Shown in pieces: positions 59,601 through 64,000 of a stretch of DNA of 64,000 bases. Positions within the stretch are counted from its first letter, which is position 1; every line of letters begins with the position of its first letter. The notes below the pieces were generated by a model, which did no database searches, had not been told where the DNA came from, and saw only the letters and a program-made list of their open reading frames with translations. This DNA comes from Paragordius varius. Lineage: Eukaryota > Animalia > Nematomorpha. The translations under genes were made by a program, and so were the position numbers. The stretch is from contig OZ176055.1 of assembly GCA_964247055.1 (NCBI GenBank), positions 4,216,001-4,280,000 on the forward strand. The letters run 5' to 3'.

Positions 59601-62600
59601 GGGTTCTCTATTGTTGTTGTTGTTAGAAATTTCCTATATAAACAAAAATTAACTTTACAGTCAAGCGTAAAAAAATCAGTGCAAGTAAATAATAAAATAA
59701 TTTAAAAATCATGTATATAACATTGGAATTAATTCCTCCTCTATTGTCGTTATTGTCTTTATCATAAATCTCTGAGGGTACTTTATCGTTTTCATTATTG
59801 CCAGCTATTATAATGGTAGAATTGGCGTAGGGAGAAATCATATCTTGAAGTTTGGACGATCTACCAACATCAATCGAAAGGTCTGTCAAAGCTTTTGTCA
59901 GTGTAGGTATATCACCCTTTTGACTTTCTATATTTGTAATAAATGTGTTTTTATAGGTTTAACAAAACAGTTTATAAAAATCAGAGATAAAGAATAAAAA
60001 AAAATGTAAAAAGTTATACTTACTTATACATAGATGATACTCAAGTTCGTACCCCAAACAACATTGAGATATAATTAATGTACTTGAACGTTGGGTAGTA
60101 TTGTGATTTGCAATAGTATTCCTAATATAATTTACAGTAATAAATTTGTCTCTGTAAAAAATTCACGGGTCCTAATAGTTAATTATACTACACCATACAT
60201 TTTTAAGCTAAATAAAAAGAATTTTTTCGACGGTTAACATTTAATTTATAGCAATAAACAAAATTTAAATCCAATATTTTGCATAACTTATATTTTATAC
60301 TAATATTTAAAATTTAAGTTTTATCACGTAATAAATATGTTTATATTTGACTGCTTTGAAAATTATGGCAGACAATTAATATATCCATAAATTCTGTCAG
60401 AACTGATTCATATATATTTTTGAGTTTCATAAAAAATGTTTTTAATACCAATATGTTTTGCAAAACTGCCTAACTAAATTACCATCAAATATAAGATTTA
60501 GGGGGTAAGGTTACGTAAAAAATAAAATGTTTTTATCATGCATAATTAACACCCTATCTATTTTATTAGTTAATCAATAAAGATATCATTTTCTATTGTA
60601 ACAAATATTTAAAGTTATATTAACTTATTAAGTCTCAAAAATTGAAATATTTCAATTTAAAAATAAGAGGATATATGAATATATCGTAATAAAACAATTA
60701 TTAAAGTATCATACAATTAAATGGCACCAATAATGGTATATAATACTTATCACCAATTAAATTCATAAATTTTACAAATTATGTCAATTTGGAATATAAA
60801 CAATAAGTTGGAGCCAAAAAATAGATATTTAATATTATTTTAATGGTAATAATCAGTACATGAAATATTCAAATAAAGGGAATTCGAATATAAAACAATT
60901 TGTATTTAATTTAAATAAAAACTGATTTTTTCTTCTGGAGCCTTAAATGTATAAAGTACAAATTCGATTAGGACTTAAGCACCAAATTTAAACCTAAAAA
61001 CACGTTGTTTCTATGTAAATATAGCACCCCAAAAAAACCGTTTATAGAAGAGAGAAAAGCCGGAACTTAAACCATTATTTTCTAGGACCGTTAGAATCAA
61101 AAGAAAAACCAAAAATGGTTCCCCAAATAGGCGGCATATGTGAACAAATCAGTTTTTTGACCAAATATGGAAAAGGGCAAAACTTTTTTGTCGACAAATG
61201 TCATTTTCAGCATACGAATATATATATATATATATATATATTAAATTTTTTTTCGCCCTTTTCGGCGCATAGTTCAAAGTAGTATAGATTTCGTTCGAAA
61301 CCCTGGGGTTACCCGTCAAAAATATTGACATAGATGATTCATTATTTAAATATTAAATATATAAATGTATAAAAAATTAGATTTACATAATGAATCATTT
61401 TTAAATATTATACCTACTTATAAAATATGACTATGAGTCATTATTTGATTTACTTCTAACCTTGTATAGCTCTCGCAGAATTTCATACGCGATCAATTTT
61501 GTAAAATATATTTTAAAAAAATTTCTTTTAAGAATTTTTAACTGAAAAATGATCGAAATGTCAAATAATTACAGTAAAGGCCATATCAATTGGAACTTTG
61601 ATAAAATTTGTTTTAAAACGGTATACAATTTTCGTTTTTTTATAGGGATTTATAAAAAAAATTTACATGCATAAATTAAATAATTTTTAATATAAAAGAA
61701 ACAGTGAGCTAATAATATAGCTACTCATTGATGTATTATTATTATGATTTTCGACGTTAAATAACTAATTTTTACTTGTAAGAACATACACAAGCATGCT
61801 CATCGCATGTTTGGGACATGGAAACTGTATTTGCCGAAGAACCAAACAGTGGGATTGATAACAAGTTAAATAAATTTCCCAAGTCAGACCAAACTTGTGT
61901 CCTTTGTGTGTCTCTCTTTTTTAGATTTTTCGGGGAATTTCCTAGATAATCAAAGCTTTCCAACACAGAAGGGCAAACATTTTGCCTGATTTAATTGATA
62001 AAAATAATTGAATGTATATAAATAATGTTATTAACATGAACTATATAAAACCTAAAATTGTTAAAATGAATTAACATTTTTTTGTCATTATTGTAATGAT
62101 GAGTGGTCATGCAATTGGAAAAAAGAGCCAATCATCAATTCATGATTATAGTATTCTAAAAACAGTCAGTTTTTAAATTTGAATTTAATAAAAAAAAGGG
62201 ACTTAAATTATACAACGAAAAACTTATAATATTTAAAATCCAGTTGTGACTCTGCTTAGTGACAGTAATGACAGAAAAACATGTAGATGAACTTATCAAA
62301 TAACCCAAAAATTTGGATTTTAATACCGGCAATTATTTACGAAATTGTTTTGTACGGTCGTGTATTTTTAAAATGAGGTTTGACTGTATACAAATATATT
62401 ACAGTAGTAAGTATACATTTAGAAAGTTATAATTATTGCCAAATAGCATACACAATAAAGGGAAGTATTATTGGCTTTTAGTTATTTTTTCACTCTTTAC
62501 TATTATTACCCAATAATAATTCTTTTTGCTTTCTAACAATATATATTTACTCATACTGTATTTATTTTAATTGATTCTAGATATTTAAAAACAAAAATAT

Positions 62601-62839
62601 ATATTTGACATATATTTTTAAATTTTAACGATAACCTTATAATTAGTAATAACAAGATTAACACATAAACGAAAAAATCCTTAACCTCAAAAAACAAAAA
62701 TTTTTATAAATCAAATATTTATGTTAAATTAATAAAAGTAAACGAAATATATATATTACCCGGTTAAAATACAATCTTGTTGGGAAATCGAATATTGAAT
62801 CAATTGAAAACATAAAACAGTTAACCAAATTAAACCCAT
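56653..62839 (-). CDS. Secreted periostin/TGFBI/midline-fasciclin-like protein (signal peptide, EMI, tandem FAS1 domains, acidic tail), about 772 aa; exons 62839-62760, 61985-61776, 60121-60024, 59927-59722, 59633-59328, 59058-58854, 58438-58292, 58210-57801, 57738-57604, 57309-57238, 57102-56653
   Basis: Signal MGLIWLTVLCFQLIQYSIS; EMI motifs GQNVC and SQCCLGYE; FAS1 motifs RINC...RGLIHTI, TYIVPTDEAF, PLCI...NSIVYVQD, LTVSIPTD; all junction phases consistent. Confidence 0.8.
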
Positions 62840-63067
62840 TATACTTTACTAAAATGTATATAATATGTAAATTCGTAGATTGGATAAATAAGCGCAAATA
62901 AGTTTTTTCTTTGAGGAAAAATAAAAAATGAGTAAAAACGTGCGTTTTCTGCGCAAACAATTAATATTTATTACGTTTGTTTGTTTACAAATAAATAAAT
63001 TTAAAACAATATGTAACATATCTAAATATGATATTTATGAGTCATAAAATCTACTAATTTATATTAT

Positions 63068-63238
63068 GAGCAATATACATTGCTAGTTCATTAATTATTG
63101 CCAAATAGCATATACAGCAAAGGGCGGTATTATTAGCAAATAGTTATTTTTTTTTACTATTATTAGCCAAAAAGAGTTCTCTTTGCTGCATATGCTATTT
63201 GACAATAATTAATAACAACCAGCAATGTATACTTACTC
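63068..63238. mobile_element. Palindromic MITE of about 170 bp; partial second copy at about 62406-62540
   Basis: Arms TATACATTGCT.GTT...AATTATTG.CAAATAGCATAT.CAGCAAAG are reverse complements; terminus (G)AGTAAGTATACATT is shared with 62406. Confidence 0.7.
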
Positions 63239-64000
63239 TTATATTTCTAAGAACTTTCTTCATAATATGAAATTAACAGCATGGTAGTCAAATGAATCTA
63301 GGCTTTGCAAAATATAATACATGTAAGTGTATCTATTTCACCAAACACCATAATTCGATCGAACTTATTTCAATTAAGGACAGTATTTTTTAATTACAAT
63401 TAATTAATCTATAGCTTCTGAGTTTATTTTAAATAAATCAACAACTAAATAGTTTATCACTCAAGGCAATGTACGTAGTACCACTTGTGTGCGAAAAACA
63501 GGGTTAGTTTTTAAGAAAAAAATTTTCAGGAGATAGCTTATGACCAGCGAATTCCTTTATCGCAAAAATTTTAATTTGTTGACGACCATTGAAGTATTAA
63601 GAGAAAATCGAAATCGGCAAATAGTGAAAATTAAGGATAATTAATCATAATAAAAAATAAAAAAAACTTGAGGTATTATGGTTTATTATCATCTTAGGAG
63701 ATATTTTTAATTTATTAATAGTCTAAAATCATCTAGGTAAGGTTTGTATAAAATTTCGTTTCAGATGGCGTTACCATACTTAAAATACAAAATTTTATTA
63801 TGAAACTAGGTTAAAATTTTTTTTTATTATTTACTAGCTAAACTCACTATAATCTTAACATTCATATTTTCAGTATTCAAATAAGAGTATAAAATATTTT
63901 TTAGTTTTTCATTTTTTTATCATCTGGGCTTATGAGTGTATAAAATATTTAATGTTTTATTTTGGAATCTTACATGAGCGGGAAATATAAAGTGTATAGA

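Noticed and set aside
60124-60172. Possible extra mini-exon and 14-nt intron in the FAS1 gene
   Set aside because: 14 nt is well below the other short introns, and direct joining of 61776 to 60121 is already in phase.
61262-61315. tRNA-like A-box and B-box (TAGTTCAAAGTAG ... GTTCGAAAC)
   Set aside because: The boxes are only about 10 nt apart and no cloverleaf forms.

Overview
Very AT-rich animal genomic DNA (roughly one quarter GC by eye). It is probably a protostome invertebrate, judged from the insect/nematode-like MRPL17; the lineage cannot be fixed from this window. I reconstructed seven spliced host genes by hand, most of which the ORF track misses: a Lys-rich orphan, ECH1, MRPL17, RTCB, UFC1, CRLS1 and a periostin/TGFBI-like EMI+FAS1 protein. 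Four of them carry ultra-short GT-AG introns of 22-27 nt. Between and inside the genes is a dense transposon landscape: a young Ty3/gypsy LTR element, two intact-ORF RTE-type LINEs, two hAT elements, a Helitron relic, a mariner fragment, TTAA-flanked piggyBac-like MITEs and other MITEs. Most striking observations: (1) a full-length LINE inserted 6 nt into coding exon 2 of MRPL17, where an in-frame cryptic AAG acceptor and a (CTGATA)5 tail resembling tandem branch points could splice it out; (2) the 22-27 nt introns; (3) a hAT element carrying an inverted, deleted copy of its own transposase; (4) an HDV-like ribozyme at the 5' end of the second LINE; (5) an LTR element flanked by a 419-bp duplication instead of a short TSD; (6) RTCB and UFC1 head-to-head with 78 bp between start codons. 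All gene models are manual and lack transcript support.
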